A stretch of DNA of 64,000 bases from Nitrosomonas sp. (lineage in GTDB: Bacteria; Pseudomonadota; Gammaproteobacteria; Burkholderiales; Nitrosomonadaceae). Location: assembly GCA_028577615.1 (NCBI GenBank), contig JAJSDU010000010.1, forward strand, positions 15,541-79,540, read 5' to 3'. The translations under genes were made by a program, and so were the position numbers. This document shows, in pieces, positions 37,986 through 48,484 of the stretch. The notes below the pieces were generated by a model. The model did no database searches. It was not told where the DNA came from and saw only the letters and a program-made list of their open reading frames with translations. The first letter of the stretch is position 1. Each line of letters starts with the position of its first letter.

Positions 37986-38537
37986 TCATGAACAGGTTGA
38001 AATTTTCTCAATTCTTGCCCTGCCGCTACTGCTCAATATCAATTGCCGCCCCGCTCCACTGGCAGCAGGTGTTGCAGGACACAGTGTAATGGTACCGGCC
38101 TGCAAAGCTCCACTGGTAAGCTTGGTCATTCCCTGTGGGTCAAAAGAGATATAACTGCTTACATTACCATTGCCTGAAAAGCTATATCCGGCTTGCAGTG
38201 ATGGCGTTGCGTGTATTATTTCTTCTCCGTTATCTCTACTGCCATCATTATCTAAATCAACGAATACAGTCCACCCCTGTTCCCATCCACCAGAATTACT
38301 ACAATTCGATCCATCCAGACTTGTACAAATCGCAACCCGTCCATTCCTCTTGATGGCTTCAGAGCGTGCCAGCGATAAACTCGACTGAAATGCATTGACA
38401 TAGCCATTCAAGCGACTATTCGTATTCAGTTGATTGAAAGATGGAACCCCAACCGCCAGCAAAATCCCAACAACAGATATCGTCACCATCAGTTCGACTA
38501 ATGTCACGCCGCGATTGTCCATTAGCTTCAGCGTCAT
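37986..38537 (-). CDS. GspH/FimT/FimU-family type IV minor pilin
   Basis: The 183-aa ORF has the prepilin N-terminus DNRGVTLVELMVTISVVGILLAVGVPSF. It is the last gene of the pilus operon. Confidence 0.8.
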   Translation of the reverse strand: MTLKLMDNRGVTLVELMVTISVVGILLAVGVPSFNQLNTNSRLNGYVNAFQSSLSLARSEAIKRNGRVAICTSLDGSNCSNSGGWEQGWTVFVDLDNDGSRDNGEEIIHATPSLQAGYSFSGNGNVSSYISFDPQGMTKLTSGALQAGTITLCPATPAASGAGRQLILSSSGRARIEKISTCS

Positions 38538-38539
38538 TA

Positions 38540-41500
38540 CTATTGCAAATACCAGTAAGCACGTGTTTTTATATTCGCTGGCGTCGCCGCCGGTTTTGGC
38601 GAAGTGCCTTCAAGCGGTGAATCCGGATTTGCTCCAATTACAAAAGGAACAGTGATGTTATCGCCCGAAACAGGATTAGTGACAGTCACCATTCCAGCCA
38701 CTGGAGATGGCGGCAAACCACCGCCAGTAATAATTCCGAACCGTGAGCCGCCGACAGGTCTGGCATCCAGAAAACCGAGATTATAAACACGCGCCAACCC
38801 TAAATTCGATCCACACGAATTCAAATCTGTCTCAATCGGTGTATGTGTGCTGAACGTCACTGTACCCAGCACGACAACAGCGGATGTCACCACTTGTTCC
38901 CTGTCATGATTGCCACTGCCAAAAGCCAGATACCAGCCTTTCTTCGCGTCAAGCTCAGTTTCAGTCGGTGATACAACGCTATCCGGATCAATGGATATCA
39001 ACGAAGCCATGCAGGCCAGAGCCTGTCCATCACAAATTGGTGCTTCAGATAGCCACCAGCCAGCGTCAGGAGGATAATCCTTAATCATAAAAAATGCATT
39101 ATCGACACTTGTGGTGGATACATGACTTAATAAAGGGTGCTCCCGATCCCCGGACCCCACAAGAATCGAATTAAAGTCTGGTGTCACAACCACTTCCGGT
39201 GCAAATAAAAATTTACGGTTGGCGACACCACCTGAGCAGGTCGGTGTACTGCAACCTAGCGCAGCTATTTTTACGATTGTCCAATTGACCGGCAAATCGG
39301 ATCCCATAGTCATGCGATAAATATTTCCACCTGTATCAACAGCATAAGCATAGTCGGTCAAACCAGTAACAACATTAGGTACCAGTGTGATATCGCCCAC
39401 AACACTTCGGTCTGTAGTAAATATTTTTAGAATCGATCCATTATTCGCATCCAGTACGTAGACCTTGTTACCCTTCAATATTCCTGTACAAGTATTCAGG
39501 TCTCCATCTTCGCAGGTATCATACCCACCACCCATAATAACCATAGGCAGATGGGTTCCGGCGCTTTCATAGCCAGACGATTTAAAAACTTTTGCGGCAG
39601 ACCAGGTTTGTCCGATATCTACAATCCCCGCATCAGTACAGCCGACATCGTCTGTTGAATTTGGGCAACCCTGACGCCACTTCAATGAAGGACTGGTCGG
39701 TGATGTGACATCGAACGCATAAATCATGCGGCCGCCACGCCGTTGAGCGGCATAAATCCATGTTGAACCGGCATCTTTATGTGCAGTAACCGGCCCATCA
39801 AAGAAGTAAGGTTTCTGTGTTCCATCATTTGCTGTCGGAAACGTAATAACAGGATTGTTATCATATAATCGTTTCAGCTTTCCATAATGTTCGGGTGCGA
39901 TGAATGTCCATAACTCGCTGCCCGCAGGGTATGATCCTATACTTGAAGTTTGATTGCCATTAACGGCATGCAGAAAACCATCACTGCCACCATAAAACAC
40001 CACAACCCCGGTACTTCCACCATAATCAATTGCAACGGGGCGTGAATGCACTACGTCGCCATGCGCCGATGGCCGCATTTCACTGACAGTACCATCACCA
40101 TCCTCATTCTGAATATCTGCTCCCCTTGCCCAGTTAATCAGATTGGTTCGCTCAGTCGCGCTGGATGCATTCAACAGGCTTTGCGTGATTGATGTATTCG
40201 CGCTATCAAAATTCGTCAGGTTCATGCAACTGGCCGGATCACAGGTCTTAACCATACGCGATGAAGCTGCAGTCGCGCGCAGTTGATACGCTGCCGCGCC
40301 TTTTTCTACAACTTCCCCATCCGGTGTATTGGAAATCTCCGAGTTCGTTACGGCATAACAGGAGCCTTCCGGTCTGAAAGACCAGTAAGTATCAGGGCTG
40401 GTCGTGTCTGGCGTCCAGAAACTGCGTGAGCACTGCGAAATAAATCCGGTATTTTTATTGATTGCAAGTTCCTCGTCAGCATCCACCAGATTAAGTACAA
40501 AACCTTCACCCGACAAACTGGCTTTAAATTGATACTGTTTTAAATTACCATTCCAGCGCGGTGAAGCATTGATATCCGGACGGAACATACCAATAAAAAT
40601 CTGATTCAGATAAGTGCCTTGTGTATTGACGCTGACAGGCAGGCTGGCAGATGCAAAAACAGTGTTGACTGCCTGTATTTCAGACAAAATCTTTTTGATA
40701 GCATCCGAAATTTGAACACCGCCACCGACTGAGGAGTTGACAGCAAAATACTTTCCCTTGCCGTATGCCGCCATACTTTTCAGCAATGCTGTAAACCCTG
40801 GTCCTTGACCGGTTGTCAAAGGATCCACATCAATGGTGTACGTTCTGACATTCACCGGAGCGGTGGTGGCCATGAAACGCGCCCACTCATCAGCGGCATT
40901 AGATTGTGATCCATTCGGGGAAATACTGATCTGCGTTGTGTTGCCGCCCAGCGCGGTTAATTGTGAATTAGCCGTATTTGTATCAGAGCTGTTGTCCTGA
41001 ACCGGACCATTACTGATATAAATAACAAAATTCTTCTGACACTGCGAATCTACAGGACTCTCATATTCTTGATCCGAAGACGAACTCAACGCATTACCCG
41101 GCAATGCATACACCGCATTTGAAGCGGCTGTTCCCAAAGCGTTGCCCGCGTAATCGCGTTTCACTTTATTGTGTCCGGCATAGGCATCAGCACCAGACAA
41201 ATAATAGTATGCCTCAGCCATTGCCAAGCCAAGTTTGCCGCCATTCGATTTATCATTATTTTTATGGAAGCTGTTAACGAGGTTTTGATATAACGGCTTA
41301 TTGGTGCTATTCATGAATCTGAGCGCAGCGCGCACATAAGCGCCATCGGGATTACCATTTGCACCTCCCGATTCTGTAAACATCATAAATCCAAATCTGA
41401 ACTTATTCTCTTCAATATCATTCAGAACCGATGCCAACGCAGCCATTTCATTGACAAATGCTTGATTCCAATTTGCCGTATTATCGATTACAAACAGAAT

Positions 41501-41626
41501 ATTCGGAACATTGGAATCGTTGGGCGGCGTTACGCCAGTAAACAGATCAATATCTTCAGACAGAACAACTGAACTCAATGCAAGTAACATCAATCCTGAC
41601 AAACTTTTTTTCAATTTTGACAACAT
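38540..41626 (-). CDS. pilY1: type IV pilus tip-associated adhesin PilY1
   Basis: It has a signal peptide (MLSKLKKSLSGLMLLALSSVVLS), an N-terminal vWA-like region (NILFVIDNTANW) and the PilY1 C-terminal propeller hallmark (RPSAHGDVVHSRPVAIDYG). I place the start at ATG 41626, preceded by GGGGAG, rather than the track start at 41680, which overlaps pilX. Confidence 0.85.
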   Translation of the reverse strand: MLSKLKKSLSGLMLLALSSVVLSEDIDLFTGVTPPNDSNVPNILFVIDNTANWNQAFVNEMAALASVLNDIEENKFRFGFMMFTESGGANGNPDGAYVRAALRFMNSTNKPLYQNLVNSFHKNNDKSNGGKLGLAMAEAYYYLSGADAYAGHNKVKRDYAGNALGTAASNAVYALPGNALSSSSDQEYESPVDSQCQKNFVIYISNGPVQDNSSDTNTANSQLTALGGNTTQISISPNGSQSNAADEWARFMATTAPVNVRTYTIDVDPLTTGQGPGFTALLKSMAAYGKGKYFAVNSSVGGGVQISDAIKKILSEIQAVNTVFASASLPVSVNTQGTYLNQIFIGMFRPDINASPRWNGNLKQYQFKASLSGEGFVLNLVDADEELAINKNTGFISQCSRSFWTPDTTSPDTYWSFRPEGSCYAVTNSEISNTPDGEVVEKGAAAYQLRATAASSRMVKTCDPASCMNLTNFDSANTSITQSLLNASSATERTNLINWARGADIQNEDGDGTVSEMRPSAHGDVVHSRPVAIDYGGSTGVVVFYGGSDGFLHAVNGNQTSSIGSYPAGSELWTFIAPEHYGKLKRLYDNNPVITFPTANDGTQKPYFFDGPVTAHKDAGSTWIYAAQRRGGRMIYAFDVTSPTSPSLKWRQGCPNSTDDVGCTDAGIVDIGQTWSAAKVFKSSGYESAGTHLPMVIMGGGYDTCEDGDLNTCTGILKGNKVYVLDANNGSILKIFTTDRSVVGDITLVPNVVTGLTDYAYAVDTGGNIYRMTMGSDLPVNWTIVKIAALGCSTPTCSGGVANRKFLFAPEVVVTPDFNSILVGSGDREHPLLSHVSTTSVDNAFFMIKDYPPDAGWWLSEAPICDGQALACMASLISIDPDSVVSPTETELDAKKGWYLAFGSGNHDREQVVTSAVVVLGTVTFSTHTPIETDLNSCGSNLGLARVYNLGFLDARPVGGSRFGIITGGGLPPSPVAGMVTVTNPVSGDNITVPFVIGANPDSPLEGTSPKPAATPANIKTRAYWYLQ

Positions 41627-41660
41627 ATTAGCTCCCCGATTCTGAATCTGTAGCGATTGA

Positions 41661-42161
41661 TCAGCACGTTGATGCGACATATTCGCTCAACGTAAGCCGT
41701 TTATTTATTCCTTGTCTGGCAACTACAGAAGCACCTGTAGACGCACTTGCCGCATCCGCACGAATTTCCCATAACGTCAGATAATCATTTGAATTCTGGA
41801 TATTGGCGTTCACACCGCTTAATGTCAGAAGATCCACAGGAGCAGGCCTGGCACTGATACAGACGGGAGCTGGAATAGTGACTGTATAATCCACTGCATT
41901 ATCCTGGTCGATATCGATATCAATCAAAGTAGGATAGTTTGCTGGATCAATTGCCGCATAATTAAGATTGATCGTTTGCTCAATCGCCAGGTTTGCTGCG
42001 GCAATTGCTTCATTTCTATATTGCATATTTCCAACGGCTTTTAGATTATTTCCGCTTAACGTAAACGCGGACACCATGAGCAGAGTAATCATCACGAGCA
42101 TGATTAGTCCTACCATCAGCGTGGCCCCTTTCTGTGCAGTAATCAGTTTCAGTTTATTCAT
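41661..42161 (-). CDS. pilX: type IV minor pilin PilX-like
   Basis: The 166-aa ORF has the N-terminus QKGATLMVGLIMLVMITLLMVSAF. It sits between pilW and pilY1. Confidence 0.7.
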   Translation of the reverse strand: MNKLKLITAQKGATLMVGLIMLVMITLLMVSAFTLSGNNLKAVGNMQYRNEAIAAANLAIEQTINLNYAAIDPANYPTLIDIDIDQDNAVDYTVTIPAPVCISARPAPVDLLTLSGVNANIQNSNDYLTLWEIRADAASASTGASVVARQGINKRLTLSEYVASTC

Positions 42162-43207
42162 GGCTTTTCCCTTCTCCCGGAAACATTCACCAATCGCACA
42201 AAGCTGTTATAGGCATGTCGTTTAAAACCGTCATTGAAAGGACCGAGAACAGTTGATCCAAGAACATACCGCTTATCTTCCACATAACCCGTCGTCACCT
42301 CCAAGTTACGCGCCAGAACATGTACATTTACCGCCACCACATTCGCCCATTCGGCTGCAGTGCAACCCGTACAATCATCGTACACGTCAGCACTGCCCGT
42401 ATCATCAATATCCCGGCCATATTCGAATTTGATACTCTGGATTCCTTCCAGAACCGGCTGCGCCGCCTGCATGGAAACTGTACCGCCACTCAAATCAAAG
42501 TTGGCACGCATCAACGTGGGGATGCCATCACCCAATGTCACTGAATAATTCCGCACATAAAAAATGGAAGCTATCAGCTTGCGTCTATCAGCAACTGTAG
42601 CGCAGTCTTTCTTATAAACCACATCACCAGGAACGCCCAGCACCGGTTTATCCGCGGCAAAATTTTTATAATTTGTGTGAAGTGTGTCTCCACAACCTTG
42701 TGTCTGCAAATATAGCTTGCCTGCATCGAAGCTCTCACAACCAGCATTTCCAGTCAGGCATGTCGCAGCATAACGGACAATCAGTACATCCGAATCAGCC
42801 TGCCCGTTGGTCACAACACCAGCACACTCAGCTGGCAGGCCCACACCTCCGGCATAACCTTGCACAGGAATTGCATACATATTGTTTACATAGGCCGTAT
42901 CCCACGTAGAAAAGGCTGCACAAGGATTTGGTACTGCGGTTGGCGGAGCTGCGGATGGAAGAGGAGGGACATATCCGTCCCAAAATCCTGCATGCCATAA
43001 TTCCTGTTGTAATAGTTGTATCGTAAACCGACCATTCTCAATCTGCCGGTTCATTTTTGCCAATTCAGCGTTACTTCGAGACAGATCAAGATAAATAGCC
43101 AGAACACCTGCCATAACTAACAATCCCAGTGTAATGGAAATCATCAGTTCAATCAGCGAGAATCCAGCCTGTCGGATATCATTTTTTCTCATCAATCCCA
43201 TGCCCAC
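42158..43207 (-). CDS. pilW: type IV minor pilin PilW
   Basis: The 349-aa ORF has the prepilin N-terminus RQAGFSLIELMISITLGLLVMAGV. Its size and position are typical of PilW. Confidence 0.8.
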   Translation of the reverse strand: MGMGLMRKNDIRQAGFSLIELMISITLGLLVMAGVLAIYLDLSRSNAELAKMNRQIENGRFTIQLLQQELWHAGFWDGYVPPLPSAAPPTAVPNPCAAFSTWDTAYVNNMYAIPVQGYAGGVGLPAECAGVVTNGQADSDVLIVRYAATCLTGNAGCESFDAGKLYLQTQGCGDTLHTNYKNFAADKPVLGVPGDVVYKKDCATVADRRKLIASIFYVRNYSVTLGDGIPTLMRANFDLSGGTVSMQAAQPVLEGIQSIKFEYGRDIDDTGSADVYDDCTGCTAAEWANVVAVNVHVLARNLEVTTGYVEDKRYVLGSTVLGPFNDGFKRHAYNSFVRLVNVSGRREKP

Positions 43208-43226
43208 GCTATCCCCCCTCGTTAAT

Positions 43227-43829
43227 CTAAGGTGTGGTTAAATCGGCAATGCGAACGATAGTACTCATTGTTCTGCGGCATAATCCGCTGACACACCCGG
43301 ATCCATTGGCATCGTCATACAATCCACTACCACAATTTGAAACGGACGCTGTTGTTGGAATCAGCCCCTGCCATACTACAGTTATAAGATATTGATCACC
43401 TGTACCCAGATCCTCAATACATCCACGCGCACCGATCATCGCCCCGATACTATTTGCAGAAGAAGACTGTTCAGCCGCTCCTTTCAATGCATTACTCCAC
43501 TGACACACATCAAAAGCCTGACCAATACCGGCGCAATTCACGGGTTGATTGTCACCCGTTCCAAGAGGAGCATCGGCGCCCGTCACGTAATTCACTGCAT
43601 CTCCACGATTTGCCGCTATTCGATTGGACATATCCTCAAGCAGAATGAGCGCATGCGTGCGCTGATAAGATTCGAGTTCAGAAGACTGCAGGCGCATTTG
43701 CAATCCGGCAAGACCCAATAGTCCTACAGCCAGAATAACAACAGTTACCAGTACTTCGATCATCGAAACACCAAGTATTGAATGCCTGATTGCAATGAAT
43801 CTGGGATGATGTATTTGATTCATTACCAT
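43227..43829 (-). CDS. pilV: type IV minor pilin PilV
   Basis: The 200-aa ORF has the N-terminus ILGVSMIEVLVTVVILAVGLLGLAGLQ, typical of PilV. Its start overlaps the end of the preceding pilin gene. Confidence 0.75.
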   Translation of the reverse strand: MVMNQIHHPRFIAIRHSILGVSMIEVLVTVVILAVGLLGLAGLQMRLQSSELESYQRTHALILLEDMSNRIAANRGDAVNYVTGADAPLGTGDNQPVNCAGIGQAFDVCQWSNALKGAAEQSSSANSIGAMIGARGCIEDLGTGDQYLITVVWQGLIPTTASVSNCGSGLYDDANGSGCVSGLCRRTMSTIVRIADLTTP

Positions 43830-44215
43830 TTATCGGCTGGTGTTTTAACACCATTACTATCAAGCATCAGATCACCATCACCAGCTTGTGATCCGACAGG
43901 CGTAAAAGTCAGGGTAAAAAAGGGAACCGTACCGCCTCCAAGCACTATTGCGTAACCATACTTGGCACTCACATCAGCGGGAAGAGTATAACCACTTGCT
44001 TCCAAAGTGGTTTTATCAACATATGCTCTGTTTGTAAGCAGGAATTGCTGCTGTCGATTTGCAATCGCCATCATTTCTGACTGTGCAGCTGCACGATTGG
44101 CTCTGACCATATATTGCGTATAGGATGGAAATGCAATACTAGCCAAGATGCCCACTATGGCAACCGAGATCATCAGTTCAATCAATGTAAACCCGTTTTG
44201 TTTCAAAAATTTCAT
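43823..44215 (-). CDS. pilE: PilE-like type IVa pilin (first gene of the minor pilin operon)
   Basis: The 130-aa ORF has MKFLKQNGFTLIELMISVAIVGILASIAFPSYTQYMVRANR, the class III signal and conserved Glu5 context. Confidence 0.8.
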   Translation of the reverse strand: MKFLKQNGFTLIELMISVAIVGILASIAFPSYTQYMVRANRAAAQSEMMAIANRQQQFLLTNRAYVDKTTLEASGYTLPADVSAKYGYAIVLGGGTVPFFTLTFTPVGSQAGDGDLMLDSNGVKTPADKW

Positions 44216-45237
44216 GGTAAATTTATTTACTTAAAATCAATTGATGATCATCCGATGAATATCCGTCAAGCTGTGAGTTCCTGATGGTAAACAGAATACG
44301 TCAAGAATTGATGACAGCAGCTTACGGAAACCCATACACATTTCTCTTCATTAATAAAACAATATTCTGAGTATTACGGGTAATTTTTCTAAAACTTTAG
44401 TAGCGGGCATCAATGACAATCAACTTGAGCCCAACTACCCAGTCAGTTCAATGCATCAGCGTCCAATATCAGAGTATGCTCGGTTGATCCTGAATACTGC
44501 TGTTCAGAATGTTGCTAATTGGTTATGGAATAGCGGCTTGGGTGATGAACCTGCCGAAGATAGGGCTTACACTGACTTGTATGTCGTGTGTTTTTAAGGC
44601 CTGGTTCTGGAGGAGGATGTTGCGCCTGATCACTCTGTGCCTTCTCACTTCAAGACAAGCTTGACGAGCGCACAGACCTGGGATGGCTTGCTGGAGAAGC
44701 AGATTAACTTAGGAATTCAGGCATTTAATGCCTTTTTCAGTAACGACAGGTTGTCACATTAATGCGAACATTGCACACAATCCCCGTAAACTCCAGACGA
44801 AACGATCCTTATCAAGTCTGTCACCGATTGCAAGGAACGGAATAACAGGAAGCTGCAAAACGACTCTCAATCAGTCTGTAGCGTTGTTTCAAGAATAAGG
44901 CTTATAAAGTGATCTCAATCATGTAATGCGGGACACAAAGCATCGCTAAAGCAGATCAGTAACGACAGAGAACGAGCTGATTTCCGGGAGCGATTCCGCC
45001 TCATCACCCGCTCCCGGAAATTGATTCTCGCCCGTCCTAACACCTGCAATAAGCCCGATTTTCGTATGGACTCTCAGGTATGCGCGTTCCTCGCCAATTG
45101 CTTTCCAGTGTTTATCTACAAAAATAAGATATATTATCAATATAGCTAACCATATGTTCCATAATGATATCTCATAGAGCTGTTATCGAATTAATGCAAT
45201 TAAACACCCGTTTCAAACAAATAACCGGTATCACTGG

Positions 45238-46389
45238 CTAATCGGCTTGTCTTCTCAAAAAAGCGGGAATATCCATTGGATCAATGCCGGATTGACGCAT
45301 GGCCGCCACGGTTGCATTGTTGCTTCTTCTTCCTGTGCGCATCACGGCAGGGTCATCGGGAGCAATAAAATCATCGCGATCATCTGTTCCAGTACGGCTG
45401 TGAACAACCGAAAGCGGTTTTTTACCTTGATTGAGAACGTTACCAAGACCTGTCGCAACCATGGTTACCCGCAAATCTTCATTCATGGCCTCGTCGATAA
45501 CTGTGCCCACGATAATTGTGGCATCCTCCGCAGTCAGCTCTTTAATGGCCCCCATCACCTCATGAACCTCGCGCATTTTCAATGATTTGCTTGCGGTGAT
45601 ATTCACCAGAACACCTCTTGCGCCTGCCAGCGAAATATCTTCAAGCAACGGACTTGCAACGGCATCTTCAGCGGCTATCCGTGCACGATCAATACCGGAA
45701 GAAACCGCTGAGCCCATCATCGCCATACCCATTTCGGACATAACCGTTTTTACATCGGCAAAATCGACATTCACCAATCCAGGACAGTTTATAACTTCGG
45801 CAATCCCTGCAACCGCGCCATATAGCACATCATTTGCAGCCTTAAACGCATCCAGCATGCTGATATCATTGCCCAGAACCATCATGAGCTTGTCATTCGG
45901 AATAACAATCAGTGAATCCACATGCTGCGACAACTCTTCCATGCCATGCTGAGCTGCCTTGAGGCGTTTACCTTCAAAAGCGAAAGGCTTGCTGACAACG
46001 GCGACAGTTAAAATCCCCATTTCCTTGGCAACCTGCGCGACCACCGGTGCAGCGCCCGTTCCCGTGCCTCCTCCCATGCCCGCAGTAATGAACAGCATGT
46101 CCGAACCCTGTATCACTTCCGCAATACGATCACGATCTTCCAGCGCGGCTTCACGTCCGATTTCAGGATTGGCGCCAGCACCCAATCCACGTGTAATCCC
46201 TGACCCAAGCTGGAGAATCGTCCCTGCTCTGGTATTTTTTAATGCCTGCGCATCGGTATTCATGCTGATGAATTCGACGCCTTTCATTTCATTGCTGATC
46301 ATATGGTCCACGGCGTTACATCCGCAGCCCCCCACGCCAATCACCTTGATAATGGCTTCTTGTGTTTCATTACTCATAATTTCAAACAT
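45238..46389 (-). CDS. ftsZ: cell division GTPase FtsZ
   Basis: The 383-aa ORF has the tubulin signature GGGTGTGAAPV and a conserved C-terminal peptide, DIPAFLRRQAD. Confidence 0.97.
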   Translation of the reverse strand: MFEIMSNETQEAIIKVIGVGGCGCNAVDHMISNEMKGVEFISMNTDAQALKNTRAGTILQLGSGITRGLGAGANPEIGREAALEDRDRIAEVIQGSDMLFITAGMGGGTGTGAAPVVAQVAKEMGILTVAVVSKPFAFEGKRLKAAQHGMEELSQHVDSLIVIPNDKLMMVLGNDISMLDAFKAANDVLYGAVAGIAEVINCPGLVNVDFADVKTVMSEMGMAMMGSAVSSGIDRARIAAEDAVASPLLEDISLAGARGVLVNITASKSLKMREVHEVMGAIKELTAEDATIIVGTVIDEAMNEDLRVTMVATGLGNVLNQGKKPLSVVHSRTGTDDRDDFIAPDDPAVMRTGRRSNNATVAAMRQSGIDPMDIPAFLRRQAD

Positions 46390-46457
46390 CTCACCCCTCC
46401 TTTCAAGAAAAAGACTATTTCGCCAATGTACACAAACAGAACAAAAAAGACCGCTGC

Positions 46458-47696
46458 CTAAAAATTTTTATGAAACCAGTTTTTCATTCGGGTAAAAATC
46501 TGTTTTGCAGACCCGCCCTGCAGCCGCATATAATGATGATGCTTCAAATGCTCAATACCAGCCATGATCAACCCTACGCCGGTGGAGTAACGCGGCGTAT
46601 GAACTACCTCCTGCAAATTTCCCTTGTAATGACATACTCCCAGCCGAACAGGCATATGAAAAATTTCCTCACCGAGTTCCACCATACCCCGCAGTGAGGC
46701 GCAGCCGCCGGTAATCACGATGCCCGAAGACAACAGTTCCTCGTAGCCGCTACGCCGTAATTCAGCCTGCACCATGGTATAAAGTTCTTCCGCGCGCGGC
46801 TCGATCACTTCCGCCAATGTTTGCACAGAAAGCTGTCGAGACCCGCGATTGCCAACATCCGGAACTTCGATCATTTCATTGGTATCAGCCAGACTGCGCA
46901 ATGCACAACCGTAACGGCATTTAAGATCTTCCGCATTTTTGGTTGGTGTTCGCAATGCCATGGCAATATCGTTGGTCACCTGATCTCCCGCTATGGGTAT
47001 CACCGCAGTGTGTCGAATCGCGCCATTGGTAAATACCGCGATATCGGTTGTACCGCCACCGATATCAACCAGACACACGCCAAGATCTTTTTCATCATCG
47101 GTCAACACCGCCATTGCGGAAGCCAATGGCTGCAGAATCAAATCACGGACTTCCAGACCGCAACGGTGAACACATTTGACGATATTCTGAGCAGATGAAA
47201 CAGCGCCAGTTACGATATGCACTTTCACTTCGAGCCGAATTCCGCTCATACCTACGGGTTCGCGCACATCTTCCTGGCCATCGATAATAAATTCCTGATT
47301 CAGGATATGCAGTATCTGCTGATCAGCCGGGATATTGACCGCTTTTGCCGCTTCCATCACGCGCTCCACATCTTCCTCGGTCACTTCTTTGTCCTTAATG
47401 GGCACCATACCATCCGAATTGATACCTTTGATATGGCTGCCGGCTATCCCGGTAAAAACTTCATTAATCTTGCAATCCGCCATTAACTCGGCCTCTTCCA
47501 GTGCGCGTTGAATAGCATTAACTGTCGTTTCTATATTGGCTACAACGCCTTTCTTCAGCCCACGGGATGGGTGCGTGCCGAGTCCGATGATTTCAAAACC
47601 GCCTTCGGGCAATATTTCCGCAACAATAGCCACTATTTTTGATGTGCCTATATCAAGTCCGACAATCAGATTTCTACTTTCCCTAGCTTTGCTCAT
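46458..47696 (-). CDS. ftsA: cell division protein FtsA
   Basis: The 412-aa ORF has the actin-like ATPase motifs VGLDIGTSKIVAIV and DIGGGTTDIAVF. Confidence 0.95.
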   Translation of the reverse strand: MSKARESRNLIVGLDIGTSKIVAIVAEILPEGGFEIIGLGTHPSRGLKKGVVANIETTVNAIQRALEEAELMADCKINEVFTGIAGSHIKGINSDGMVPIKDKEVTEEDVERVMEAAKAVNIPADQQILHILNQEFIIDGQEDVREPVGMSGIRLEVKVHIVTGAVSSAQNIVKCVHRCGLEVRDLILQPLASAMAVLTDDEKDLGVCLVDIGGGTTDIAVFTNGAIRHTAVIPIAGDQVTNDIAMALRTPTKNAEDLKCRYGCALRSLADTNEMIEVPDVGNRGSRQLSVQTLAEVIEPRAEELYTMVQAELRRSGYEELLSSGIVITGGCASLRGMVELGEEIFHMPVRLGVCHYKGNLQEVVHTPRYSTGVGLIMAGIEHLKHHHYMRLQGGSAKQIFTRMKNWFHKNF

Positions 47697-47716
47697 TCAG
47701 CCATATCTCCATGATC

Positions 47717-48484
47717 CTAGGTTTCTTTTCTCGTTTCACGCTTACCTTTTGGCGGTTTATGAACATCCGACACATTCACCGCAAATCCATTTGAATAACG
47801 CAGATCAATGTAGGCCAGCGGAGCGCCCTGATTCAAATAGGCAATACTGTGGTTATATACCGATACGTAGCGTCTCAGCCGCTCTTCCATCGCCACCCGC
47901 CCCAATTCAAGCGTAGTTCCAGATTCGAGTTGTATTCGCCATGCATGCCGGGATGACAAATTGATTTTTGCGATTGATTGCTGCAATGGCGCCAGAATCT
48001 GACTGAACAGATGGTATTTCTCGATCACTTCTTTCGAATTCGCTTCCATAGGGCCTGTAAAAACAGGGAACTTCTCTTCCAGTACAGCACGAAAAACTTC
48101 TCCGTGTGTATTCACCAGTGCGTGACTCCCCCAATGCGCAATAACCTGGTGTTCTTCCAGTTTCACATTCAAGCCCAGGGGCCAGATCCGTTCGACTTTT
48201 GCATCGCGCACCCAAGGCATTCTAATAAATGCATCACGCACGGCAATCAAATCAACCGACAAAAAATTGCCATTCACATCATTTTTCACAACCCGCTCAA
48301 TTTGTTCGCGCGTAATATACTTCAAATCCGTTTGTTCCGCATACATGCTTTGAACATGAATTTCTTTTATCTTAATAAACTTTGATAAATCAATATATTG
48401 GGATATTTTCTGAATAACTGCCACTGCTGCCAGGATAAGCAGCAGATTCGATATGAAATTCAGAAAACGGTGATTATCCCACAT
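47717..48484 (-). CDS. ftsQ: cell division protein FtsQ
   Basis: The 255-aa ORF has an N-terminal TM segment followed by POTRA/FtsQ domains ([23 protein letters not shown]). It sits between ddl and ftsA. Confidence 0.9.
   Translation of the reverse strand: MWDNHRFLNFISNLLLILAAVAVIQKISQYIDLSKFIKIKEIHVQSMYAEQTDLKYITREQIERVVKNDVNGNFLSVDLIAVRDAFIRMPWVRDAKVERIWPLGLNVKLEEHQVIAHWGSHALVNTHGEVFRAVLEEKFPVFTGPMEANSKEVIEKYHLFSQILAPLQQSIAKINLSSRHAWRIQLESGTTLELGRVAMEERLRRYVSVYNHSIAYLNQGAPLAYIDLRYSNGFAVNVSDVHKPPKGKRETRKET

Noticed and set aside
44392-44399. Perfect sigma-28 -35 boxes (TAAAGTTT on the minus strand) upstream of the pilus operon and at 35150-35157
   Set aside because: Neither has an acceptable GCCGATAA-type -10 at the right spacing (CCCGTAAT and TTTGTTGT respectively). 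They are likely chance occurrences in AT-rich DNA.
44946-45140. 64-aa minus-strand ORF downstream of ftsZ
   Set aside because: It starts at TTG, has no RBS, contains the 13-bp hairpin inside it, and matches nothing I recognise. I treat it as part of the decayed region rather than a gene.
45121-45147. dif-like sequence AAAATAAGATATATTATCAATATAGC
   Set aside because: Only the central TATATTAT and part of the XerC arm match the proteobacterial dif consensus (about 13 of 25 by my alignment). The normally best-conserved XerD arm (TTATGTTAAAT) is not matched.
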